Assembly (NCBI GenBank): GCA_905178155.1
Contig: CAJINV010000004.1
Coordinates: 7,880,771-7,944,770, forward strand
Origin: Amoebophrya sp. A120
Taxonomy: Eukaryota; Protista; Dinoflagellata
Length of the DNA stretch: 64,000 bases
Direction of reading: 5' to 3'
Positions 23,401-35,559 of the stretch are shown here, in pieces (position 1 is the first letter of the stretch; every line of letters starts with the position of its first letter). A program made the translations under genes and the position numbers. Below the pieces are notes generated by a model. That model searched no databases and was not told where the DNA came from. It worked only from the letters and a program-made list of their open reading frames with translations.

Positions 23401-25042
23401 CCCAAGCGGCACGAACTTGGATTACGACAAAATGATATACGCAACGGCTGACGGCGCGGGAGATCATGATGGTCGTGCTGACACGGAGATGTTGAGCAGG
23501 ACCAGCGCAACTACATGCCTCGACGGAACAACCAACACCAACCAATCCCGTGCGCAGCAACTCCAACTTCTCTTCCCCAGAGTTCTCCGTCTAAACCATT
23601 GGAAACGGGACGAAAAAGTTTACAAGGCGAAGCAGGACCGCATGAGGTGGATGGATGATGAAAACGGGAAGAAATCCAGGGAGGACGTGATCGTCGAGGA
23701 GCTGTTTTCTTACCACAGACTTCTGAAGCACAACAAATTGGTGAAAACCCGCATGATCTACGATTTGAACAACGGGTTTACCTCCGGACCGATGTACGTG
23801 TTGGAAAAAAACATGTTCCCCTACTTGATGCCGCGGAACGTAGAGCACTGGACTTTGTGGAAGTATGATCCGTATTGCGACGCTCTCGACCGATTCGGGT
23901 CAATCTGCGACAACACGACACCGGACATGTGCCACCAGGAGATCTGTGACGTCATCCGGGAGTGGCTCTTCAGTTGGTACGTATTTGGGAAGGAGGGGGC
24001 GACAGCCTCGACTAGCAGCTCAACATCTCCGCTTCAGCTGCCGCTGATTCCCGCATTTGACGGCGGCTCGCTGTCTTCAGTACAACAAGATCATGAAAGA
24101 AATATTAAAACCAGCAGGAATAAAAACAACAGCAAAGATAGATCCCCGAGGACGGTGTGCCAGAAACAACTTTCGCAGTACGGCGACGCGCAGATCCGGC
24201 GGAAGGCGTGGAAGCACTTCGAGGCGATTCGGCACCCGGAAGAGATCATTTTGAAGTACGGGGAGAACGAGAAAGGGGTGATAAGCTCTTCCTCCTCCTC
24301 TAACCCATCGCGGTCAAGAACCACGACTACGAAAGGACCTCGCGGTCACTATGCCAGCAGTGGTCGGGACGATGACGATAGAGATGAACGATCTTATCGA
24401 GGCAGGAAAACGAAGACCCGCAGCCGCAGCCGCACGCGGAGGGGTAGAAGTTCCAAGCGAGAAGGTGTAGATGATGGAAAAGATCGCCGAAATAAAAATT
24501 TGATGTCCAACCACAACGAGCGGCGTGACATGTCCTACGACGACCGTATTAGCTTGCTGAAGAAGCTTTTTCCAAAAAGCAGCGTGCCGCGGCTGGATAA
24601 AATGGTGAAGTCCTGGAATTACGACGATAACCAGTCGCGGCGGACGATCGGCATCCCCCACATTCACATCTACTTGAACTACGGCGAGTTAGACATGTAC
24701 AACTGCAATGCGGCGTCGAAAGAGGGTGGATACGCGACGAATTATAATGCGGATAGTCAGAAACAGAATCTGCTACAGGGACGACAAGAAGGGAACAAAG
24801 AAAACCGCATCGAAAACAAAGATAATTTCCTCTACCCCGGCCAAGAGCTGCTCGATATTCTTCTGCATGAAACCGAAAAGTGCGAAGAGAAAGACCGGCG
24901 GGAAAAACGACCCCTAGACGACCAGGATGTGTTCGAAATCGAAGAGCAAAGGGCGCTGGACGAGGAACGCGAAGAACGCGACAATTACAGCGACGGGGGG
25001 AGGAGAAGTTTCGATGATAGATATGGAGAGCACTCCAAGTAG
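20416..25042 (+). CDS. Zeta-toxin/AAA_33-like P-loop kinase fused to a DUF3605 (HIT-like) domain (~1392 aa)
   Basis: Exons 20416-22001 and 22450-25042, joined across a GT-AG intron. Walker A VIFLMGLPGAGKST, then NLEPDRLK, ERVNFVYD and YHIDLIFVDTPVEVCLYRNRLR. C-terminal LEKNMFPYLMPRNVEHWTLW...DNQSRRTIGIPHIHIY. Confidence 0.7.
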
Positions 25043-26502
25043 AAAGAGGACATTGCGGAGGTCTCGCAGAAGAAGAAGACTTCTCTGTTGCAATGCGAGT
25101 CGTGCGGAATGAATCATTCGGAGAAGAAAGTAGCTATAGCATCTTGTTTTTAGTGTGCTGGTTTTTGTGATTATTTTGGGATGATTTTCTGCCACGTGCC
25201 GAAGAACAGAAATAACGTACTCTTTTCAGAATAAATCGACCTAATTATATCGATATCATCTCTGTCATCATTTACAAAACAGGTTCGACTGTCAGATCAG
25301 CATGGTCTTCGTGTGCTGCTGCAACGAGGAAGGATGGGAGGATCGATTGAAGACGGACGACAAATTTTGCCGTCGTACGTGTACTTACATCGCAAAGACC
25401 ACCTCCACGAGGACGAGGTGACTACAACAGTTTTCGACCCCACCACGCTCCGGCCATACCATAGGCATATATGGAGAGAGAATCGGCTGCGCCGTTTTTC
25501 TGGGCAGCGGCGCGGGTTCTTCATTTTCAATAAAAGCGAAAATGGGTCGGGTCCGAGGCTGTTTAGAAGTGGGACAATTACACAGGAGGAAAAATGGCTG
25601 AACGAGAAGAACCATAGTAGTTCTTGCACGCGACGACCAAAGAAATTTTTTCAAAAACAGCGACAATTTCATACTTACAAAGTACTCTTACAGCGCAATG
25701 AAAAGCCACTTCTTCTTGTTCCGCTAAAGGACCGACCACCCCCGCGGGCTTGCTTGCTCAAGGCAGGGGCTGGAGGATATTCCTGTGCCACATCCATCAC
25801 CCTCTTGTGTTCTGAAATAGTACCAATGTTTTCACAACAACGCGATTGAGTGAAAATGTCCCCCTCACTTCTGAGGTATTTACCGATTTCAAGAACCTGG
25901 TGAATTGGAGGCTAAGAGAGGAAACCAGCACTAGAAGTTTTACCATGCGTAGTGACGGATCCATCCACGTTGAGAAGTAGTCCAAGAAAATGTATCGAAG
26001 GCACAACTACCGGATCACAACACAGAAAAAAGAGAACACCGAGGAAAAGTAGAGTGATGAAGCACTGCCGAATCAAGAGCCTCAACCTTGCGGATGATGT
26101 ATGAGAAAGCACCGCGTACTTAACCTTCTTGTAGTCATCTCGCGCTTGCGCATTGAACGATGAATTTCAGCAGGCCTCTAGTACAAAGTGAGAATTTATT
26201 TTTACGTTATCACATGATAGAAATATATACGCATTTTTTATCTCGTTGCAGTCCCCATAGCAAAAACGTAATTTTTTATACAATTCTCCAGAACTACACG
26301 TACACCAGAGGAGTCACCAGAGTCGAGTATTGATAGCTTAAACAGTATATCTCTGATGTACTAAATAACAAAGACAAAATTGAACCTCGTGGAAATAATA
26401 AGTAAGTGGCCCGGAAGCGCAAACAATTTCACATCCTCCCACGCTTGATAACCTCGCCCACATAATACCAAGTGGCGCGCAGCCACAACCACGCAGTCGA
26501 AA

Positions 26503-29500
26503 ATGACGAATAATCAGTCGGAGAAGGTCGTGCGGGCCTTCGATTATTCGAAGTTCAACAACATCGACATAAGCGACGATGAGGACAACTTTCACCCCAA
26601 TATCGAGAAAAACTTCAACATACGGATCAACAAAGAGGTCCGGGGGAGAAAGGTATATATACACCTGAACTTGATGACTCGCATTGGAATTGGAATATAT
26701 TCTTTTGCACTTTGATATGCATGTCGATGACAGATCATGAGACAGCATGGGTACAGTACTTTCAGTGATAATTCCCGTCCTGAGTAGAAACTGGATTTCA
26801 TATTTCCAACGTTAAAAACGACCTCCAGATAAACGAAATGGACATGGAGAAAGAAGAGCTGAAGAAAAAGGATGACGAGAAATCAAAGAAAAGGCTACAA
26901 GAGCTGGAGAGAAAACAGATATGGCACGCAGGGAACATGTGCGAGGTGAAGGAAGAGAAGACGCACGTCGGTACTTCTATATGTAGGCTGTTTGTTTGGT
27001 TGGAATTGATAATATCATTCTTGATACGTAAACGTAACTCAGTGTCTTGCAAGGACATCACAAACTTTTTCTTCGTTCTTTAGGTGCACGATGGTTTCAC
27101 CTTCATGGATCAAAATGCTGTTGGAGCTGCTGACACACCGGACATTTTGTCAATAACCGAACACAAATTTTAAACACCAGGCACCTACGGGCGTTCTGAC
27201 CCCAAGCGAGACATACTACCTGGAAAAGAAGAAGGCATGAACGACGCCAAGGACCTGGACGAGTATATGGTTTGGAAGGGGCAAAACCAAAAGCTTCTCG
27301 ACGAGCTTGTTGACGCAGGCGGAAACATGACCAGGACACAGCAATTGCTTGAGAAGGAGGGGGACAAGCTCGTGACACAGGACTTCGCGAACACGTATAG
27401 ATTGCGTTACCATGCTGGTTCTACAAGTAACAGTAGACTAGGTTATGGTTATTTCTTGCCGGCAGAATTTTAATGCGTGGTCATCATCTTCCATTATTCG
27501 TAGTTCAAAACACAGTATAGTACCAAAAAAACGCCGGTGTTTCATCAAAACAGCTACCTGATGCTGGCCTGCCTCGAGTTCGAGATGGAGGGCAACCGAA
27601 AACGCAGCTACAAGTGCGCCCAGCAGTCCCAACTACTGACCCACGTGAAGGTATGGAAGCGTCAGGACCGAAATCAACAAAATCGAAATAGTTTGTGATG
27701 CATAAAACCGATACGAGTTGGAGCCTCAGTTTCCAAGTGGCGCGTGACAAATTTCGGGAGCACCAAAATCCAGCCTGTCATGCTACTCTGGCAGCACATC
27801 GCCTTCCCCTAAACAGGCTTGCAATCGGTCTTATTTGCCTGCTCCCCAACGCAGGCCATACGTGCCCTACATTTTATGCATGACAAATCATTTTGATTTT
27901 GTCAATTTCGATGCTGACACTTCCATAGAAGGAGCTCGCCAAGTCCTTCGGCCGGCCGCCGCGGGACATTGTGACCCGGTGGTTCCAGAAGGTAGCGGAC
28001 AACGAGGACGCGCGGAAAATCTGGGAGGCGGATGTATCACAGTGCACAACTCCCCCTCCCCCTCTTCATTTGTATAGCATGAACAGCAATACAAGCATCA
28101 GCAAGAGTGCCTGTTTTGCATGACAAATTTACACTGGAGTCTGGTCCTATTTGAACTACCAAAACTTGTGATGCAAGCGGTGCCATAAGGCAGCGACTGG
28201 ATTCGGGGTTTTGCATGACAAACGAGGGGGAGGGGGGCTTGTGCACTGTCATAGGATGTCGACGGGTTTGCGAAGCGAGTGCAGGAGCGCGCGGTGGAAA
28301 AGAAAAAGGAGGAGGCCGAGGAGAAGCTGCGAAAAAGGGAGGAGGAGGAAAAATACGTCGCCACGCACTGGAAGAGAAAGGACCAAATCGTATCCCGCGT
28401 AAAAACGTCCCCACCCCAGAGTTGTCATGCAAATCTGCATGGTGAAAATGTCTCCCATGTCGTGGAGCCCCATGGGAAGCATTTTGTAGTCGTGTTTCGG
28501 AATTTATCATGCTCCGATCAGCATGATGTGCTAGCTCTGTGATGCTGCTGAACTAGTCAACCAAGAACTACACTGCGAGGCCAAACTTGTCATGCGCAAC
28601 AGCCAAAGCTTGCTGATTTGTCTTGCAGATTTCCCAATTTGAGTATGGGGTGGGGACGGTCTTACACAGGATAAATCGACGCCAAAGAGGAGGAAGATGA
28701 GGAGTACGAGATTGGGGAGGCGGTGCCGATGGTAGAAGCCATGAAGCAAATGACCAAACAGGAACGGATAGAAATGGCCCCCGGAGGGCTAGACCCGCTC
28801 GAAGTGTTCGAAGGTATAAATATGGAGCTAAGTACTTGTTTTTAAAACATTTTCAAAGTAGGGGAAGATGAATAAAAGTGCTGCTATGTAGTTGTTCTAT
28901 CGACTCGCTTTATTGAGCTATGAAGCCTGTAGTTCGTTCACAGATCTTGCATGGGTCGTTTAGGGTTAGATGATGTAGTCCTGTGAACAACAAGCGACTC
29001 AACATCAACTGCAAAAATTCTACTCGAAACAAATTATCAGAACTTCCGCAAGAGATGAGGAGGTGTTTCGAGTCGCAAGACACCCAGATGCTCGTGGACC
29101 TACAGAAGACGATGGATCCCGCGATCTTCAACTATCCTGAGCAAAAACGTCCCCACACCAGAGTTGTCATGTAGATTTGCAATGACAGGAACATTTGTAA
29201 TGCGCATCTACATGAGTATGAGAGGCATTTCCAATCGTGTTTTGGCATTTGTAATGCTGTAAACAGGATGAGAACATGGGTTTGTGATGCGACTGTCCTT
29301 GCTAACCTGCACTACACTACAGAGACGCATTTGTCATGCGTGGCGCCCAAAGCTTCTGGTGGATTTGTGTTGCTAAGTTCCCAACTTGACTATGGGGTGG
29401 GGACGTTTTTACACAGAATATCAACCCACATTTGATCAAGTGCATCAAGGCGGGGCTTTGGAGCCAGCCCATGGGCGACGATAGCGACGATGAGAAGGAA

Positions 29501-29554
29501 GAGGAAGAACCAAAAATCGAAGTTTTGGAATCATCAAAGCATGTCGTTGAGTAA
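26503..29554 (+). CDS. CDC37: Hsp90 co-chaperone Cdc37 (~397 aa)
   Basis: Exons 26503-26652,26829-26970,27181-27394,27554-27651,27933-28034,28259-28390,28679-28813,29041-29132,29426-29554 (1194 nt). Motifs [57 protein letters not shown]. Confidence 0.95.
27652..27927. mobile_element. Introner family G (~55-bp TIR starting TATGGAAGYGTCAG) in CDC37
   Basis: TIRs; TSD gaagg/gaagg (GT-AG compatible). Confidence 0.9.
28035..28253. mobile_element. Introner family C in CDC37
   Basis: TIRs; TSD ggatg/ggatg. Confidence 0.92.
28391..28673. mobile_element. Introner family D in CDC37
   Basis: TIRs; TSD aatcg/aatcg. Confidence 0.92.
29133..29420. mobile_element. Introner family D in CDC37
   Basis: TIRs; TSD tcaac/tcaac. 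Confidence 0.93.
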
Positions 29555-29654
29555 AAAGTGCATCATGGTCTTTCAATCATGTTGTTGCCAGCAGCAGGAC
29601 AGAGAATGAGCATGTTCATCACGGAACAAGCTGCAATTGCAAGCTCTCGATGTA

Positions 29655-29926
29655 TATCAAAAGTAAAAGTGTCTGGGTCTGGATGAATGCAGATGTTTGT
29701 GATGCAGGTTTTGCATGACGCAGAGTTGTGTCTGGCAAGCAGGACCAGCATCACAGGTTCTACTTCGAGAGCTTCACGATGCCTACTCAGCATCAGAAAT
29801 CCGCTCTCACCATGCCCAAACAGAAGTACTCAGCTTGTGCGGTTTGTGCAAGACAGATTTTTGTGTGATCTGAAATGCGCATAACAAGTTGCAACCTTCC
29901 AGACCCAGACATATTTGCAATGCATA
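29655..29926. mobile_element. Family A element ~100 nt downstream of the CDC37 stop (probable 3' UTR)
   Basis: TIRs; TSD atgta/atgtg. Confidence 0.88.
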
Positions 29927-30319
29927 ATGTGGATCCTGCTGCAGCATCATGGGACCGTTGAATCCATGGTCTTCAACTACACGCGAAATCAACATGTTTA
30001 CAGTACCTTTTCTTCTTCATAAAGAATAAAAACTTTTTCAACAGCGAGCGACTACGCTAAAGTAGAAATCTTTCTGATAGCGACGAATAAATACAAGTCA
30101 TTCTTCTTTGGCTACAGGAATTCGAAAATAATATCCTGGCCATCAACACAGCCAGCCTCGCTGGAGGAAGAACGACGTGGTCTTCGTTGCGATCCAAAAA
30201 CGATCTTACGTATAAGCGACAGCCATAAAAATTTTGCGACAAAAAAAATCATACGTATCAAGGAGCACCAAATAGAAAAATTTGCTCTTTGTGCTGGCGA
30301 GAAGAAAGATGCCAGACAG

Positions 30320-30798
30320 AGGTGACGTTCTTGAAGGGTGAGAAATAAATCGTCATTGAAATCATGATCAAAGTAGGCGTGTTCTACAGCGGAACTACAA
30401 GCCCCCAAGTGCTCCCGTCTTCGTGTTGTTGTGCAGAGTTCTTCTTGTAGGCGATCTCTATTTGCCGATCGGGCACCGGTACTACGACTCGTGCACGACA
30501 CACAGATTTGAAAACTGGCGTGAACACAGCGTGTTACAACGCGCGATTGGCAGTGATCTGATCATCCCATCAAGAATCATGTTGGTCAGGTTCATAGCTA
30601 AAAAGCAATAGAGATAGACACATACTGAGGGACGGTGCCCGATGAAATTTCAATTTCTTGCAGGTTCTGTGCAAAAATAAAGAGAAAGAAATGTTGAAGC
30701 ACTATACCTAGACCCAGATCGGAGAGACCGATCAAGGAAGGATCAGATTCAGAAGTGTTTTCACGATGAGGAACATCAAGCTGTGCGGTTCTTTACTT
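30320..30798 (+). repeat. Non-coding duplicated block, copy 1
   Basis: Collinear (with indels) with 36662-37045. Confidence 0.75.
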
Positions 30799-31219
30799 GT
30801 TCCCTGTGCAGCAAAGAAACGCAGACGGTCCATCATGTTCATATGAATCATGATCCTGCTTTGCAGATTCTACTACTTCTGGCCTAGTGGTCAAGGGGTG
30901 TATAACTAACTACAACTATCCTACTCGACAGGACGTGCTTTCAAAACCATACTCAGTTCGCTATGCTACAATGCTATTTTTCAAACTTCCCCTTGGAATT
31001 TTAGTTTTCAATATAACTATCAACGACCTCGATTCATCGCCTGACAAAGAGTTTTTTGTCTAAGAAGCTTGCACTACATTGTATTTCATTTTGTATTGCA
31101 TCAATTGCAACTACGTTTTCTTGTACTTTTGACAACAAAGGTTGCACGCCTGAGAGTAGTTCTGGAATCTATTCACGTACACTTCAGGCTGAAGCTTTCA
31201 TTTTATCTCAAGTTCAACC

Positions 31220-32587
31220 ATGATGCGTATTAACAACTTCACTTTGGCTCTTAAAATTTTGACAGCCATTTCTCTGGGGGCAAACACAACTATCGCTGCC
31301 AGTGGTGTAGTCGAGCCTCCTGACCACAAGAAGCTGCGGCGTACCACCGCCGCGTCGGGAGGTGGTGCAGAAGATGAGGATTTGATGCTTGTCCACGAGG
31401 GAGCTGAGAGCGGGGTAAACGTGGCGCCGCCTTTACTAACTGCACAACAAAGAGGAAACGCCGCCGGCACTGACTGCTCTACGTGCCACGGCGCAGAAGA
31501 AAAATGCTGCCAGCAAGACGCCCAGCGACACACCGCAGCTTTGCATAAGCAAGATTTGACCGGCTTTGGCGGCCGGGAGTCGTCTTGTGCAACAGGAGCC
31601 TCGTCTGCCGCCCCTCGCACGACAACTCGTTCTACAGAGCTTGACTTTGACCTGGCCAACAGCTTACAAGAAGAGGGTCATCCTTTGCAGCATTACCTCC
31701 TCCACGGATTTCTCCGCACCCGCCGGGACTACGGAAAACTTGCCCAGGTCTCGAAGAAAATCGGGACAGCCTTGCAGCTCGCGGAGAACACCCTAACGAA
31801 AATCGGGCAGAAAGTCTACGAGCCTTTCCGTTCGAGGGACGAACTCAAGCGCACGGTGGAGCTTTGGTGGACTGACTTAACGTACAGGAAGCAGTACGAC
31901 CCGAAAAAGTACGAGGATCTGCGGAACGAAGCAGAGGCAAAATACGGCCCAGTGGAGCAGTGGGACGTTGGTCTCCTTGGGTGGTCTCTTCCAGGTTTTT
32001 GTGGAAAGTATGAAATGCCGTGGAAGCAAAAGTACCTCCCGTCTTTCCGGATCTCGCATTGGCGTACTAGAGGCATCAAGTCGATGCGCCATCTTTTTTC
32101 ATACTGTAAGGGTTTTAACCAGCCGCTACACTGGGACACGAGCACAGTGCGCGACATGACAGGCATGTTTTCGCACTGTAGCGACTTCAACGACTCCTCC
32201 ATTAGCTCGTGGAACGTGAGCAATGTAGTAGACATGGGTTCTATGTTTTACAACGCCACAAGCTTCAATCAGAATCTCGGGAGTTGGAAGCTCAGCCCGG
32301 ATCTGCTCGACGTATACAACATGTTTGGCGATGCTGCCGCGTTCGACCAAAACCTCTACGCATGGGGGTGGTGCCCTGCACTAGCGAGATTAAGTGGAGA
32401 TCGCTGCCCTTACTCGATATCTTATGTGCTTTCGAACACGATTGTTGGTCGCCGTCTGCGTATTGTCGAAAACGACTTGAATCCTGGAAAGACACGGCTT
32501 GTCACGTCCTGGATGGACGAAGACCGTTGGAGACGCGCGTTTGCGCTGCCATGGGATCGCGTCCAAGGGGAGGCGACACCTGTGTAA
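31220..32587 (+). CDS. DUF285/BspA-type (bacterial surface 26-residue repeat) protein with signal peptide, intronless
   Basis: 455-aa ORF with repeats WDTSTVRDMTGMFSHCSDFN, WNVSNVVDMGSMFYNATSFNQNLGSW and MFGDAAAFDQNLYAW. Confidence 0.85.
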   Translation: MMRINNFTLALKILTAISLGANTTIAASGVVEPPDHKKLRRTTAASGGGAEDEDLMLVHEGAESGVNVAPPLLTAQQRGNAAGTDCSTCHGAEEKCCQQDAQRHTAALHKQDLTGFGGRESSCATGASSAAPRTTTRSTELDFDLANSLQEEGHPLQHYLLHGFLRTRRDYGKLAQVSKKIGTALQLAENTLTKIGQKVYEPFRSRDELKRTVELWWTDLTYRKQYDPKKYEDLRNEAEAKYGPVEQWDVGLLGWSLPGFCGKYEMPWKQKYLPSFRISHWRTRGIKSMRHLFSYCKGFNQPLHWDTSTVRDMTGMFSHCSDFNDSSISSWNVSNVVDMGSMFYNATSFNQNLGSWKLSPDLLDVYNMFGDAAAFDQNLYAWGWCPALARLSGDRCPYSISYVLSNTIVGRRLRIVENDLNPGKTRLVTSWMDEDRWRRAFALPWDRVQGEATPV

Positions 32588-34068
32588 AATGAAAACTAGT
32601 TTGTCGCGCGAACTGCTCATCCCAAAGTACGACGCTGACGTTGACAAAAGTAAATCTTGCACCGATCTCATTTTATTTTCCCGATCCTGTTTTTTGAAAA
32701 ATGTATGATGTTCTTTTTTGGGAATGTAGATCTGTTTTTTGTCATTTTACCAGATTTGTCATGCTAACTGGCCACTTCTTGCCGCTCTTTGAAAACCATG
32801 CTCTGCCATCGGTTTGAAATCCTGTATGATTTTTAAGTGGTTTCTTCAAGATCTTTGTGTATGATTTTTAGGCATTGGCCTGCGCTGCGCCAATCACCAT
32901 CACATTTTTGCTTTTCGTGCATGACAAATTCGTACTATCATTTATTTTCGATTCTTTTCCAATCGCATCGTCAAGGGTATCGAATCGTACTGGAACTATT
33001 TTCAGAAATTATTAGCGCGACCCCCAGCATTTTGCGGACTCAAAAAAGGGGCCCGACATAGATCCCATAGTCTTAACCCTGGCGCCGTTTAGGGCTGGAG
33101 GTAGCAGTTTAGTTTTTAACGCACTTGAAGAAGAAAGCATGGTATAGTTAGTTTTATCACAGAACCGAAGGTAGGGAATTAAAGTAGCAGCGTAGAAGTA
33201 CCCGTAGAGAAGTTAGTTTCGTGGAACAAAAGGACAAGAAGTAATTAGAGAGCCCGCAGCAAAAAGCTAAGTAAAGCCGAGCCTCGCGCCGGAGTTAGTT
33301 GTAGTCAGTTTCCTCAGTGCTAAGTGCGTGAGCAGGCCCGTGAGAAAAGAGGAAAAAGAACAACCAAGACGAACAAGCCGCTGCTCGACTCTCTGGAGTT
33401 TGAGCGCGCACTATTGTGAGAGTAATGATATCAAGCGCTCTCATTTGTTTAGTAATATGCAGCAATATCCGATAGATGATTTGCCTTGACGCTGAGAGCA
33501 CTTGGCGCGTTTCGGGTTGCCGGTGAGTGTATTGACGTTCGATTGCGTGGTCCTCGATGTTGCAGTTGCGCTCGCTTTCCTGATTTTGCACATGTGATAA
33601 GCATGCTATCCAACGAGGTCGAGAAGGTTTTTGGTGAAGTGCCATAAGATGTTAGTTTCCTGAAGCAAGCGAGAGCTCCCACGTCGCCGAAAAAGTTCTT
33701 GATCTGGTGCAAAATTTGACGCGATGCTGATCAGCACGGAATCCGATCAGAGGCATCGGCTTCGACGCTTGTACAAATAAGGAAATATCTCGATCTCGTC
33801 TGGGAAAGAAACGCACACGCTCCATCATGTTCATGTGGATCATGATTCTGCTTTGCAGATTCTACTACTTCTGGCGTGGTGGTCAAGGGGTGTATAACTA
33901 TCAACGACCTCGATTAGTTCGTTGTATCTCATGTTGTATTGCATCAATGGCAACTACAGGTTCTTGTGTTGTTGACAACAAAGGTTCTTGCAGGCCTGAG
34001 AGTGGTTCTGGTGGAAAAATCTATTCACGTAGACTAGCTGTAGCTTTCGCTTTATTTCAAGTTCAACC

Positions 34069-35559
34069 ATGATGCGTAACAACTTCGCTTTGGCTCTCAA
34101 AATTTTGACAGCCATTTCTCTGGGGGTGAACACAACTATCGCTGCCAGTGGTGTAGCCGAGCCGGACCACAAGAAGCGCCGACGTACCACCGCCGCCACG
34201 GGAGGTGGTGCAACTTCCTTTACCGACCACCACGCCCTTCTTGCTTCTAGTACATATCCTGCAGATGGTGCAGATGAGGATGTGATGCTTGTCCACGAGG
34301 GAGCCGACAGCGGGGTAAACGTGACGCCGTCTTTATTAACTACACAACAAAGAGGAAATGACGCCGCCGGCGCTGACTGTTCTACGACGTGCCACGGCGC
34401 AGAAGAAAAATGCTGCCAGCAACAAGCCGCAGCTTCATCTACTTGCGAGCATGATAAGCTAGATTTGACTGGCTCCGGCACCGGGTAATCGTCTTGTGCA
34501 ACAGCGTCGTCCGCACCCACCGCAACCTCGCCTGCCGCGCCTCGCACGACAACTCGTTCTAAAGAGTTTGACTTTGACCTGGCCACCAGCTTACAAGAAG
34601 ACAATCATCCTTTGCAGCCTTACCTCCTCCACGGATTTCTCCGTACCCGGCGGGACTACGAAAAACTTGCCCAGGTCTCGAAGGAAGTCGGGACAGCCTT
34701 GCAGCTCGCGGAGAGAAGCCTCGCGAAAAAGGGGCAGAAAGTCTACGAGTCTTTCCGTTCCTGGTACGAACTCAACGACACGATGCAGCTTTGGTGGACT
34801 GACTCATACAGGAAGCAGGACCTTCCACATGGTCTACGAACCGAAACCAACCTCGTCTTCCCCAACGAGGTCTACGAACCGAAAAAGTACGAGGCCCTTC
34901 GGAAAAAAGCAGAGGAAAAGTACGGCCCAGTGGAGCAGTGGGACGTTGGCCGACTTAGGTCTCTTCCACGTTTTTGTGAATACCATATCCTGGCGGCGTG
35001 GAAGCAAATATATCTCCCGTCTTTCCGGATCTCGCATTGGCGTACTAGAGGCATCGAGTCGATGCGCCGTGTTTTTTTTGACTGTAAGGGTTTTAACCAG
35101 CCGCTAAACTGGGACACGAGCACAGTGCGCGACATGACAGAGATGTTTGAGCACTGTAGCGACTTCAACGACTCCTCCATTAGCTCGTGGAACGTGAGCA
35201 AGGTAAGACTCATGACTTGTATGTTTTGCAACGCCACAAGCTTCAATCAGAATCTCGGGAGTTGGAACCTCTTCAGCCCGGCGCATCTGGTCGACGTGCG
35301 ACTTATGTTTAGCGATGCTGCCGCGTTCGACCAAAACCTCTACGCATGGGGGTGGGGCCCTGGACTTGCGAATTCATTAGGGGGGTTACGCACCAGTCCT
35401 TGTATGATTGCGAACACGATTGTTTCTCGCCGCCTGCGTATTGCCGGAAACGACTTGCATCCTGGAAAGATGTCCTTTCGCCGGTCCTGGATGGATGAAG
35501 ACCGTTGGAGACGCGCGTTTGCGCTGCCCTCGGATCGCGTCCAAGGGCGCATCCCGTAG
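34069..35559 (+). pseudogene. Tandem paralogue of the DUF285/BspA gene with one in-frame TAA (34486-34488)
   Basis: Collinear with 31220-32587. ORFs 34069-34488 and 34612-35559 share one frame. TAA aligns to GAG in the paralogue. Confidence 0.6.

Noticed and set aside
25313-25849. 178-aa ORF between the kinase gene and CDC37
   Set aside because: No recognisable domain or supporting splice structure; cannot be supported as a gene.
28030-28258. General model in which splicing uses GTAT...ATAG and leaves 3 extra nt
   Set aside because: Possible only when the TSD starts and ends with G, as here; conserved spacing at the CDC37 29133 and SEC61G 63235 junctions requires exact removal.
32730-32935. 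Cluster of ttgtcatgc/gcatgacaa motifs downstream of the DUF285 gene
   Set aside because: Possibly a decayed element, but no TIR pair or TSD could be defined.
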